Source of the DNA: Takakia lepidozioides
Taxonomy: Eukaryota > Plantae > Bryophyta
DNA length: 64,000 nucleotides
Assembly (NCBI GenBank): GCA_030704615.1
Contig: CM060734.1
Location: forward strand, 34,472,001-34,536,000
Direction of reading: 5' to 3'
Made by a program: the position numbers and the translations under genes. The notes beneath the pieces were generated by a model, which saw only the letters and a list, made by a program, of their open reading frames with translations, ran no database searches and was not told the DNA's origin. Position 1 is the stretch's first letter. Each line of letters starts with the position of its first letter. Below are positions 1-12,480 of the stretch, one piece after another.

Positions 1-984
1 AAAACGTTCTTCTCAGATATAATGAAGTTATCAAAGTCTTCAGTATATGTGATGAAGAGAACAAACATCTAATCATAAGTGGAGATATGGTACTTAATGA
101 AGTGTTCGAGGTTAAATTATTCAATGGGATCGTGAAGTGATAATAGTACATGATCATTTGAGCTCATCATTCGAAAATGTTGTCTTCACATTTAATATTT
201 GATGAACCTCCTAATCATAGTGAGCTAAAAGGGCATGCTTATCAACTAACCAATTGATTTTTATCAATCCAATGACCATGTTTGGAGAAAACTCTGGCGC
301 TAATGAGCCTATTTGAGCTCTCTCTCCCTCCTTGGGGAAACTTTCACCTTCTTCCTGCTCTTCACTTGCTCCCTCAAAGACAAGTTACAATGAGATGTGC
401 TTTGCTGCTAACTAAGTGATGGAGTATGATTTAGAACTCCCACAAACAAGTATTTCTTTGGAAGAGGTCTGTAATATTTAAACAAGTGGAATATAATAAA
501 GTTCCACAAGAAAATTGACCGCATCTCGCCGCATCATCTCTTGTAAAACTACGCCAGACACCCAATGTTGTAAGTTTTCTATAATATGATGGTAAGTGCA
601 TTTCCAAAAGCATCATGTAACAAATATCTTAAGCATAACAATATTTCAGAAATCTTATAGGTGACTTGATGATTGTAGCATATCCCTCATCAATTGTGAC
701 AATGGGGTTGGATCAACTCATGGAGAGTTTGACCAGACATTCCCTTCCAAAGCCTTTCAACAACAATATTGTGTGAGGACTTCTCAGAGCAGTTATCACG
801 TATCGAAGACATCAATTGGGTTATGCACATTTCCATAGTACTAGATCAATAGGATGAGGTTCTCCTCTCATAACTGCTAGTTTTACGAGCTGCTTTGTGA
901 TTGTTTATCTTTTTTCTCTTCTAGAACATAAGAGAAACGTCACTCACCGCCTAATTGGCATTCGCTTCAGTTTCTTAAAAAGCG

Positions 985-1980
985 AATAAGAGCGACCGCC
1001 GTATGGCGGTCGCTTCAGTTTCTTTATTTTATTTTATTTTTTAAATTTTAAATTTAAATAATAACAATTAAATTTATTTTATTTTAAAAAAATAACTTAA
1101 AGGAGCGACCGCCGTAATGGCGGTCGCTTCAGTTTTTTAAAAAACGAAAAAGAGCGACTACCATAGGGCGGTCGCTTCATTTCTTCTTTAAAAAAACTTT
1201 ATTTTTTAAAATATTAAGAATTTTTTTTTTAAAAACTTATAGGAGTGACCGCCGTATTGGTGGTCGCTTCAGTTTTTTAAAAAGCGAAAAAGAGCGACCC
1301 CCATATGGCAGTCACTTCATTTTTTTTTTTAAATAAATGAAAATGAACGACCACAGTTGTGGCGGTCGCTTCATTTTTTTAATAATAATAAAAAAGAGCG
1401 ACCACCGTATTGGCGGTTGCTTCATATCTTTTTAAGGAAAAAGAACAACTGCTGTAGTTGCACTCGCTTCATTTAAGTTGAAGTTTTTAAAAAAAGAGCC
1501 ACTGCCGCTAAATGGCGGCCGCTAAATTTTAAAAAACAAAACGAGCGACCGCCATTTGGTGGTCGCTGCATTTTTTTTTTAAAAAAATTAAAGAAGTTAC
1601 CGCCGTTTGGCGATCGCTTTAATTTTAGAATCAAAATAAAAATTTGCGACGGCTGGCGAATGGCTGTCGCTGTATTTTTTTTTAATATTTTTTAAACTAC
1701 GAACGACTGCCAATCTGGGCGCTCGCTTAATTTTAAAAATAATAATTTTCAAGCGACCGCCAATATATGCCGTCGTTTAATTTAAAATATAATAAATTTC
1801 ATGCGACCGCCAATATGGGCGGTCGCTTCATTTAAAACTTCATAAATTGCCGATAATCGCCAATATAGGCATTCACTTAATTTAACAAAATATTAAATTA
1901 CAAGCGACCGCCAATATGGGTGGTCGCTTGACTTAAAAAATAATAACTTTTAAGCGGCCGCTAATATGGGCGGACGTATT
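985..1980. repeat. Array of ~20 GC-rich palindromic units (consensus ~GAGCGACCGCC-N(3-5)-GGCGGTCGCTTC) separated by AT-rich spacers; likely subterminal repeats of a DNA transposon
   Basis: Units such as gagcgaccgccgtatggcggtcgcttc (~990), gagcgaccgccgtaatggcggtcgcttc (~1103), gcgaccgccaatatgggcggtcgcttc (~1803) recur every ~45-110 bp. Element ends were not identified with confidence. Confidence 0.75.
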
Positions 1981-2632
1981 TTTTTAATTAATAAATAAAT
2001 TTTAATAATTAGCCACGTCTGTTCTACACCGTGGCTGTCATGTCATTACAAAGGATAGAAGTAAATCGTAAAAGTCAAATATATAAAAACAATTACATGG
2101 ATAAACGTCCGGATTCGACGTGACGTCTGACGTGTCTGGGCCACGTCACGTCAGGAATGATAACTAGGACCCACGCCAACTCAAAGGCTGCTTCCCAAGT
2201 GACTTTTCCACCCAAGGCTTTAACACCCTCTTCCCAACCTTCTCCAATCAATGTGCACTTCCTCTCCCTCTCCCTGCTTCATTTACCAAGTAGGATAGCA
2301 TACCCTCAAGGACACTGCCATCTGATGGCTCACTCCTACAGAGATATCCTGGATTTCTTACCCTGTACTCAGCTGACTTCTTCCCTACTGGAGTATCCAT
2401 TCTATCGGTTACCATTTCTACGATGTCTACAGAACAGTTCATATCCTCCCCAGAGAACCCCAGTCTGAGCAAACCAACAGCAGTTTTCGTACTCATTCAA
2501 AAAAAGACCCGAAAACCCCAGACAACTTCGTCTTGGTTAACTCTTTGCGACCAAGAGAGCGTAGGGTTAAATTCATTTACCAAGTAACTAGGCCATCAAA
2601 TGAGACTGTCAGTCTGAGCCTACTACTAATCA

Positions 2633-5010
2633 ATGATCTTTGACCTCCACTCATGGAACATCAGAGGGCTGGGTTCTGACCCAGCTTCTCTAAAGAGACT
2701 GAAAATCAAAACTTGGCTGGCCCCCTTCCTGGCAAATCACTCCATTATTTTCCTTTAAGAACACAAATTAGACCAAGGAAAAATCGACAACTTGTCAGAT
2801 TATCTATGGCCATTGGCTAATTCTTTCTGGAAACCGACCTCCTCTGGCACCAAAGGAGGAACTGCAATTTTACTTTCTCCCTCCATCCACCCCTTCATCA
2901 CATCAACTGGACCAGCATAGTTGGGTAAAGTTAATGCACAGAATTGCATTCTTCCGGGTAGCCAGATAGCCTCTGGTGAATATCTATGCGCCAAACACCT
3001 CTGCAGAAAGGTCGGAGTTTTGGAGTCTTCTAGATACCAAAATGCGAGAGCAACCTACTATAGATCGTTGGATAGTTTCTGGGGACTTCAACATGGTAGA
3101 AATGCAAGAAGATAGGAGAGGTGTTGGGTCATTTACCTCGAACCCAGAAGAAATAGACCAATGGTTCAACTGTACTCAAAGCCACAACCTGACAGAGGCA
3201 ATACCCATCTCTGGCCAGACCTCAAATGTCAAATTTACCTAGTCCAACAGCAGATCTCTTGTAGACCTTAGCATGACTCGTCTTGATAGGGCTTATCTCT
3301 CACTCAACCTAGTGCAATATGCCAAAAGAGCCCCTCAAGAACCCATCCCCTTAAGCTTTGACCATGCCCCAATCACCCTTTCCATAGTACTACCTGACTC
3401 TTACAAACGGGGCAGAGGCCTCTACAAACTCAATAACCTCCTCCTTAAGTTACCAAGCTTTAAACAGGGTCTCCTGCAAGCTTGGACTCAAGCTGGAAAC
3501 GTTCACCTCGACCCAACACAGCTGTTCTTAGCCAAATTGAAGGCTGTCAACATTGAAAGCCAAAGGATGAGCTAGGAGCTAGCAAAAAATTAGAAAGAAG
3601 AAGGTAGTGGCATTAAACAAATTCCTCAAAATTTGCAGTAAAAAATAGAATCCACCTGTTGTGATGAAGACAGGCTACCGTACCTATGTTCTAGCCAGGA
3701 ACAATTTGGATATCCACCATAAGATTCAAGAGAGAAAATGGAAATTGCAGGCAGGTGTCAACTGGTCTACAAAAGGAGAAAAAATGAATAAACTTCTTTG
3801 ATAAGACAAGGTTGCGGCGCGCCTCCCAGACAATTACGGAACTTATAGAACAACCCTCTGACCTTTTAGCCTCAACACCGAGAGCTATGGCCGAATTTAC
3901 TGGCAGACACTTTCATAATCTTTTTCACAGTGCCATCAACACCCGAGGAGCAAACATCATGTTTGACTCACACTCCTACCCTGCTGGCCCAACAATATGC
4001 ATCTCAGTTAGAAGGAGACTTCTCAAGCATTGAGCTGGGAGAGGCCTTGTCCAAATTGCAGAACAACAAATCACTTTGAATGGATGGAATATCGGTGGAG
4101 TTCTACAAAGCCTTATGGCCTGACATATCTGGGGATTCACTGCAATGGCCAATCACTTATTTCACCAGGGACACATGCCCCCCTGCATGTCTCAAGGAGT
4201 AATTACCTTGTTATACAAAAAAATGATAGGACGAATATATCCAATTACCGTCCAATTACTCTTCTGAATGTCGCTTACCAAGGGCAAAGAGGTGCATGGG
4301 GATATCATCAAAACTGGAATTGTACCAAATGTCATTATGAACACTGCCCTGGAAGCTCTGGAAAAGGGCAAAGAGATCCATGGCGACATCTTCAGAGCTG
4401 GAATTGTACCGAATGTCATTCTGAACAATACCCTGGTGGACATGTATGCAAAATGTGGGTGTATCGAGGATGCAAAGGGAGTCCCCATGGGTCATGACAC
4501 AAGGTCGAGGACAATTGGTGAGGGCACCTTCTTCTTCAACCTATTTTCAGCCTGTTTTGCCCTCTCATCAGACTCGTCCCTGAATTTGCATCATGTTGAA
4601 TTCTGTAATTTAGCTTGTTGGGTGGATCTGCATGGGATAGCCGAAGGAGCAGGGATAGAGTGTGGGTCTAGATTCATTCAAGAGGGCCAAATTTCAAGCT
4701 CCAGATTACGTATGACTCCCTGTGGATCGTAAATATATACTTGACAACCTCCTGCTGGCTCAGGAAATTCCAGATTACGCCTCTAGGACAAATCAAGCCA
4801 TAGCTCTCCTCCTGCTGGATTTCGAAAAGGCTTTCGATCGTGTGGAATGGTCATACCTGTTTGCAGCCTTGGCAAAACTGGGCTTCCCCCAATCCTTCTG
4901 CAAATGGGTTGTCATTTTACTCACCTCCTCATCCAGAAGGGTCTTAGTGAATGGTCACTTATCAGCCTCATTTCCCCTTCAGCGGTCTGTAAGGCAAGGT
5001 TGCCCACCAA
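2633..5010 (+). mobile_element. Degenerate L1/Tx1-type LINE ORF2 (APE endonuclease + N-terminal RT), 3'-truncated, with many stops and frameshifts
   Basis: Motifs in order: SWNIRGL (~2651), NIYAPN...SGDFN (ORF 2976-3242), RLDRAYLS...SFDHAPI (3273-3575), NYRPITLLNVAY (~4243-4279), YILDNLLLAQE...LLLDFEKAFDRVEW...SVRQGCP (4722-5010). It stops before the YADD motif. Confidence 0.9.
4280..4482 (+). pseudogene. PLS-class PPR gene fragment embedded in the LINE RT region
   Basis: GKEVHGDIIKTGIVPNVIMNTAL...LEKGKEIHGDIFRAGIVPNVILNNTLVDMYAKCGCIEDAKGV, near-identical in style to the PPR tract at 33470-34970. Confidence 0.85.
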
Positions 5011-6012
5011 ATAAAACATAGGGCGAAACTCAAAATCGTGTGAAAAAACACGTAGAACGCCTTTGATCCCCTGTCTTCAGCCTCTGCATCCGCGGGCCCC
5101 ACACCATGTGAAGGAAGTGAGGCGCCCTTATGTCCCGATTGCGGAGGAGGAAGGAGGAGGTGGCACGGGGCACCTGGCACGGGGCCCACGTTGCTCAGGC
5201 GGGTGACCCGTCCCCACTTTTTTTGCTGCTCGTGCCCTTTTCTCTTGACTTTACGGATTGGCGCTTACTGCCACCATCATGACATGTGGGGATGGATTAC
5301 AGGGGGAACAGGGCCCACTTAACGGATAACTTTAATGATACCTTGAAATTTCACTGGTGAAACCCGATACCTTGATTTATTTCGCTGGCGAAACCCGTTG
5401 TTTGCCTCATTATATTAAATTGTTCAATTATTGTTTGATATTTGTGTGTTTTGGATGGTGTTGATACGGTTATTGTGACTTTGTTTTCCCCTAATGTGTT
5501 ATTCTTTGGTAGGATAGCAAAGCTGTAAATATGTGGAACTTGGAGGTTGTAGATATACATTATGGCTGCCTATGTCGCATTAGAATTTAGGGTTTAGGGA
5601 CAGAATTAGGCACAAAAATAGGCATAGAAATCCTATAAATGCACCGTGTCTCTATATCCGCCAGTGGTTTTACTCCGTTTTGAAAGCATATAACTCATGT
5701 TACCGCGGTTGAAAAACATAAAACCCCCATGACCGTGGGTTGTGCTCACGCCGTTGTGCTCACAATCTACCAACCCCCACACCTGCTAACTTAGTCAATC
5801 ATCATATCATAGTTCACTCAAAGCCGGCGTCATCATCAGGTCTTCCTTATACTTTACTGCTTCAGCCCATCGCTCAAGCTTCTTCATCTAGTTCAGCCTC
5901 CATCTCTTCTCTTAGTTTACTCTAACTCCAGATCTCCCTCAACATCCTCTTTCATTCTACTCTTTGCTACTAACAAGTAACCATCATACTCAACCTTTCC
6001 TGCCCATCTTAA

Positions 6013-6836
6013 CCCTTAAGTTCCCAAGCCATTTTTTTTATTTTTTACCAATTTTGGGTACCCAGCTGCAGTAAATTGCCCCTAGAAACCTACCAAAAAT
6101 CATCCAGAGATTCCAGCCTTATAGCAATGGGCCCAATTCATTTATGCATGACATACCAAAAAATGAGCCAAGTCCACCGTGGAAATTGTGAGATTATAGC
6201 GTTGGCCCGGACCTCAAATATCAGGTCCCAAAGAAAAAGTCAGAAAGAAATTGGTTTGACCAAATCAAAACCTAGCTTTCTCCAATTTTGCTTGCCCCAA
6301 GGCCCACCATTTCCAAATCAATAGTGGAGTGGCTATGACCCCACTAAATTGCAGGTCTAGCTGATTTTTTCACCTATGGTTGCTATGCATGCAATTACAT
6401 GGGGGTTGAAATCTCAAAATTGACAACAGAAAATGTGCCTCCAAATGAAGTACTTTGTTTTCTACAAAAATTTTAAAAGCCAGCGGTGGATGTGTGTATG
6501 TAATGCTCACACACCACAAGGCGAAGTGTTTTTTCCAAAATTGCTAATTTTTTGCCAAAAATGGCCTTTGGAGTGCAATCTATTTTGGGCTTGTTTACCT
6601 GCCACGTCAGCGGTCAACAGCCCTTTTCAGGCCCCAAAACGTAAATGAGAGATCTAAGATATTTTTTGTAAGTCGCAGCTTTTGTTTTCTTTTAATTTTG
6701 TTTTTTTTATCATACGCGAGACAAATCCCTTGTCATTAAAGCTTCAGGAGTGGGCCCCATCAGATTAGATCTGCAAAAATTAGGTGGAACTGCAAATTCA
6801 AAGTGACCCAATTCAGGTCGCTTGGGAACTTAAGGG
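6013..6836. mobile_element. Non-autonomous piggyBac-like element (824 bp) with 17-bp perfect TIRs and TTAA target-site duplication
   Basis: TTAA(6009-6012)|CCCTTAAGTTCCCAAGC(6013-6029)...GCTTGGGAACTTAAGGG(6820-6836)|TTAA(6837-6840). TTAA|CCC...GGG|TTAA is the piggyBac end signature. No transposase inside. Confidence 0.75.
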
Positions 6837-7837
6837 TTAAGTCCATAGCTTCACTAATAAAATATGGGCGCCATGCATTTGGTTACGTGATTAAATGCAT
6901 ACGAGTACCCTCTTTAGTAGTATTAATCAGATTATGGCTTCAATACAAGCCTCTAAAATATTAAAGTTAGATGTTTGGAAGTTCTGGCGCTTCATCCTTC
7001 ACAACTTACATCCAGACCAATGGTGCGATCCGTTTTACTTCATCGCTCAAGATCGTGCCACATGGCAGGCACCTCCTTGCCACTTCTTCCCACATTGCCA
7101 CCTTCATGCATCCTGAGCTGTCCACATTTCAGTCATAACCAGGGAGAAACTGAGCAATAATAATATATGACTGACGCCTCATGAAAGGCACTGACCGCCG
7201 GGACTCAGTCTGATTATTATGATGAATAAATGGTAAAATAAAAACAACGATATGGAAGTAAGGAGATAGTACGAGTAGCCGTTGGCGCGCGTGGCAGCAC
7301 TAATCACGGATTAACTGCGCGCATTAAGTGAGGCTTACCGGCCCCGTCCCGTCGTTAGGCTAACGACGCCGCTAATCGCTATTTCGAACCGCAGGACGAG
7401 GCTGTGTGGCTTGTCGTGGCTTGTCGTTGAGTCGCGCTCGTCTGTGCGCTCGTTGCATTTGTCTGGCCTCCTGCACGCAGCTCCGGATCTGCGGGAATGC
7501 ATGTAGAGAGCCTATTTTTGTTCTGCGGGTCTTCACAGTGCACGATTTCATCCCAGGATTCCACCTGAGACCAGCAGAGGTTGCCTGGGTGCTTTGTACC
7601 AGCTCTTTTCTTGGGGCGGAATGGCGAGACAGAAGTCTTCATGGCTTGCATGCACCTGGTGTGGAGGGTTGGGCACAGGGATTTGCTGAACTATCCGTCT
7701 GATTTGACATAGTTTGTGTTAATGTCTCTTCATGTGTGAGGAAGCTCTAGTTCTCGTCGTTTGTCACTTGGCATCCAAACGCTTCACACGGGTGAATTGA
7801 TCCAGGACTTGTTCCTGTCTCTTCATCTCTTTATACG

Positions 7838-9519
7838 ATGCTGGGTTTAAAAAGAGGGGATTTAGGGGGATACTTTAGGAGGAATCAATTTGAGCCTCTG
7901 CTTTCGACGCTCCTGGACGATCCGGTGCTCTCTGATGTTCCAAAGAATGCATCGGTGGCTGATATTGATACTCTCATTGGAGTGGAGAAAGGCAGCGCAA
8001 TGAAGCTCTCCATTCTCAAGCTGGACGGGACTTCCTTTGGTATTCCTCTCTCTGGCCAGATGGACTACTTTCGCACTGCTGGAGTAGTGATCATGCGTTG
8101 GAGTATGATCCATGTGGATTTGAGTGTATGGATATGTATTCATCTCATGTGAGCGGTCGAAGGCCTAACCAGGGAGAGGGACAGTACTACAATAGTGATA
8201 GCCCTAGGTTTCCTTGGGAGCTCGTAGATTGTTGCAATAAGCCCGAAAACCTACACCTCTAGCAGACTTCTTCACCTTTTACACACACGAATTTATTTAG
8301 GTTTTGAGGGTGTCTGCAATAAGAATGGATTTAAGAAAAATACAGCGATCCTTGGCATGTCGTCACTTTCTCTTACTGTTGTTCCGTGCGGTTCACAATT
8401 TGTTTTTTGGGGGCCGGGGTGGGTGGGGGCGCAGAGGTTGCAGTTTTGAACACAGCAAGAGTTCGGGATTTGAAAGCAGCGGTAATGAAAGTGATCAACG
8501 AGTCAGAGCAATCGCACATGGGCCATCGCAATATTTCCTGGTAGAGCTCCCATACTCTCTTTCTTCCGTTTGTTACTCTTCTGTCTCTATCTCCCTGTCT
8601 GTGCTGCACCCTCAAGCGCCGCATCCTAGCCAGCTTCTTTTCTCCCTCCTCTCCGTGTGTGCATTATTTTGAAATGCAATTGGTAGTGAAGTCCAAATTT
8701 AGCACATTATCGTTGACGTCACTTCACCGCACACCATGGTTGGTACTGTTTCCATGTGGGAATTTGTTTGCAATGCTGGTCTTAAATGGCAAGAGATCAC
8801 AACATATCAGTGTGTCTGTCATCCTCTCACTGCTGCGTGCTTCGTTGCAGGAAACATGTGTGGGGTAATTTCTGTTTATGTTATGGAAATGCAAAGCTGA
8901 TAGATGACAGTGCTGTATTACAAGACTTCGGGGTCAAGAACAATGAGCAGGTACCTCTTATCACCCATTTTTGGTGTTTCTGTGTGTGTGAAAAGAACGG
9001 CTGGGTAAAATCATAAGGCTAATTTTCCTGTCCATTCCAGTTCAGGGAAGGAAAAGAGAGATTTTGTTGGTGTATAGTGACTGGTACACCTGCCAGGAAG
9101 GAGGGTGGGAAAGATAAGAAGAGGAATGGATATACTTTTGTCACCTATAAGCAAAACTGACTCTGCTGATAGTATGAGTAGGTTGTTGACTGAATCATGG
9201 TAGATGTTCATTACCAATAATGTGGTTTGTTGTTGTGAAAAACAGAGATTTTGTTGGTGTATGGTGACTGATACACCTGCTAGGAAGGAAGGTGGGAAGG
9301 ATAAGGAGAGGAATGGATATTCTTTTGTCACCTATATGCAAAACTGACTCTGTGGATAGTTTGAGTAGGTCGGGGTTGGCTGAATGATGGTAGAGGTTTC
9401 ATTACGAATAATGTGGTCTTTGGCAGCTGCGATTTGAGCACCATGTAGGGTCAAGAGAAGCTGGGCGTCACTCGCATGCCAAGAAACGACGTTTCTTCCA
9501 CGGCTTACAGAAACATTAG
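7838..9519 (+). CDS. SNRNP25: U11/U12 small nuclear ribonucleoprotein 25 kDa (SNRNP25-like, ubiquitin-like domain); exons ~7838-8039, 8435-8540, 8851-8950, 9427-9519
   Basis: GT-AG splicing keeps frame: LSTLLDDPVLSDVPKNASVADIDTLIGVEKGSAMKLSILKLDGTSF/EVAVLNTARVRDLKAAV...GHRNISW/KHVWGNFCLCYGNAKLIDDSAVLQDFGVKNNEQ/LRFEHHVGSREAGRHSHAKKRRFFHGLQKH*. The true start is uncertain; an upstream exon is possible. Confidence 0.85.
9057..9420 (+). repeat. ~187-bp tandem duplication inside the last SNRNP25 intron
   Basis: agagattttgttggtgtat...aataatgtggt occurs at ~9057-9228 and again at ~9244-9418; the second copy runs into the 3' splice site (ggcag, 9422-9426). Confidence 0.85.
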
Positions 9520-11256
9520 ATAGGGAAAGGTACTCATTGGCATGAACTTGATCACAAAAGTCGAGTGATTTTAGCACACTGTAATAGTACCGAAAAGGAC
9601 CACAAGATCCAGTCAACTATAGGGCTTTTTCACTCGGTACATCTCATGAGTCTCATGTTCCCTTTAGAGGCTCTCTCTCTTGTCCTCAGTCAGTGGATGT
9701 GAGAAGTTTTTTTTGTGGACGAGAAATGAGGTACTCATGAGAGTTGCTTTCCAATATCCTTTGTGGACAGAGAACCCGACCCATGGATGGCCATGGTTTT
9801 TTGTGTTGATAGGAGCTTCACAATGTGAGCAGAGTTGTAGGGTAAAGTTGGTCATAAAAGATGTATGACTTCTGAAGTAAAAAAGTCCCAAACCGTGCGG
9901 GTGTCCCTCTCATGAGAACTGTACTGAAGCAGCCTGTGAGCTATTGCTGTAAGGCATGAAGATGTTTGAAGTACTTATTGTAGGCCATGCCATCTCTGAG
10001 AAGGTAGATTCCGTAGTCAGCTGGATTATTGAACATCGAACAGAATAGTAGTAAGGTTGATTTTTCGGTGCTGTGAAATGGACTGAACTAATTGACAAAA
10101 TAATATGAAACTTACGATCACTATGTACACCTGTGGAGTCGATGAGGAGCAGAATCGATCAGAATATGAACTTGATTTGCCAAAGTACACTTTTTGGAAC
10201 TTGCAAGTTGGCATTTGTCTAAGTAACATTCCAATTTCACATGCAAACTGTTGCAATCAGACACCAAACACCCAAGATCAATGAACTAGCCTGAGTTTAT
10301 TTTGGTCATTGACAAACAGCTTATAGAATGACAGAAGGGGTGAGGTTAGAAAGGACCTTTCTCAATTTTAGTTGAGACACGAGGAAGGGTAGTGGCAAGA
10401 CAGCTCTAGAAGCTGCCAGGGGGAAAAACTAACGATATCATAAGCATGAAGTGTACTACATTTTGAAGAGAGACTTGACCCATATGGATTAAAGTTGAAA
10501 TGCTCTCTCCTTGTTTCAATTTGAAGTAGGCAGTGAACTAACCAAGATGTTTCATGTATGCACTCATGGAGATGTCTTGTAGTGTTTGTGGCACAATGCG
10601 ATGCATAATTCATTGTTAGTACGATCCAGGAGTATCATAACATTTAAAAGGACTTGCCAGAAACATTTACTTCTGTGGAAGAAGAGCCTAGAAACATGAA
10701 ACAAAATTTCGAGCTTTGCGGAGAGGAACCCAGATGGATTAAACCTTGCAGCTCCGGGGGATCCGCTTTTTGAGGGTGAGGTCAGTTTGCTGTACCCACC
10801 ACTCCCTGCTGGGAAAAAATGTCGACCCAAGCTACTCAAGAGCGCAAGGGCCTTTGTTACACTGCTAACTCGGCTGCTAAATATTTCAGTAGCAATAACA
10901 AAGCTTCTAGACCCCAGCCTTGGAGAGAGCTTCACTATGTTACAAAACTAGGCCGGGCCTGCCACCGCACTCGTCTTTCATTTTTGCCACCAGCTTTGTT
11001 GCTGTTCATACCTACCTTCACCTCGACACACACAACTCCTCATGTGCTCTTCCGTGGTTGCCACGACATTGGCTGATACATGCCAACATGAAAGCAAACC
11101 AAATCATTACTTGATTTTCACCCAAGCTAAGCTTATCCCCTTACTGTTTCTCCCATCAGGTCTTACCATGAAGGGGGAGAGACCTTTATTTCCCCAGACT
11201 ACAAGAATTACAAACAAAATCAACCAGCATAAAACCATTTTGATGGAGGCTGCATC

Positions 11257-12449
11257 TCATGAGGTGGGTGTCCTCTTTACAAAGCGACCCTGCAGATCAC
11301 AGAGGAACAAAATATGTCAGCACCTATGAGACAATGCAAGAAGAGGAAAAACCCTGTACAAAACAAAAGCCTGAAAGCAATACGGACCACTTGTTTGAGA
11401 TTTGGCCAGGCCACCTTTCCATTTGATAAGGAGAATGCATCACTGACCTTCATCCGAGGACGCCGCTCGGCATTAAGCTTGCGGACCTCATACCGAATCT
11501 TCTTAGAAAAAAGACGAGTGCGCCGTTTTTCCCTATACCTCAGCACGCGGGCCTCCCTTCCTCCTCCACCAGTGTAGCCATCGTCCATACCTGGCACTCG
11601 CCCACCTTCATCACCCCCTTGACCCCCACTGCCCAAGTCTGGAACCAGGCCTACATCCATACTTCCCTGCACAATAAAACTGTCACATTTAAGAAAGGCA
11701 TACCTTAAAAATTAATCTTCTGTTAGTGCTCATAATCTTTAGAGTATCCTATTTGGGTATTTCGAGTTTGCCTGGCTCATAGAGCAGTACCTACCTTCAA
11801 CATTTGAATGAAATTGCTCTCATGTGATAAGACAAGTGGCCTTCATGTCCAAGGACAGTTTTCAGAAATAGTGTCAAAGACTCCCACAAACATATGTAAA
11901 AACAGTGTCTTGAGTACCTGGCATAACAACCTTCATATATGAGACATAAGGTTGGTTCGATCATGCATGGGGCTGAACAGTCTGGGCTAGAAAATGTTCA
12001 ACCTTGGTAGGTCAGGCAATCTAGCGCTCTTGGAAGGAACCTCAAACAAACAGTAAGATCATTCGACCAGACGAACAAGTTGTCCACTCAGTTAGTGCTG
12101 ATGTATGGACTGGCGAGACGTGAAAGTGGCAATTTAGGTCGTCAAATGTGCCACACTTTAGCTTACTTATACATTCTTTTGCATAATGATCATGAATAAA
12201 TGTTGAATGTTGACTCGTCTGTATCTACATTCACTAAGACAGGGTTTCTTTCCTACCTGAAGAATGGGTGAGGCGTGCCTGAGAGAGGGACTATGTACAT
12301 AGCTCTCGCGGATTTCACTAAAACAGATAGAAAGACCAGGTAAGGCTTTTCTACAACCCAACTTCTTCCCCTCTCACAGTAGCAGAAGCTCATTCTGCTT
12401 AAAAATGTGCATGCCCCCCAGATATATCCAGATATATATGCTTGCATGG

Positions 12450-12480
<31 letters not shown>

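Noticed and set aside
431-616. Short minus ORF (GVWRSFTRDDAARCGQFSCG)
   Set aside because: No family recognisable by eye, and too short to support a call.
985-1980. CRISPR-like appearance (palindromic repeats with spacers)
   Set aside because: Repeats are degenerate, spacers are low-complexity A/T tracts of variable length that resemble each other, there are no cas genes, and the context is plant nuclear DNA.
5586-5599. Telomeric repeat TTTAGGG x2
   Set aside because: Two units only; at most a telo-box, not a telomere or an interstitial array.
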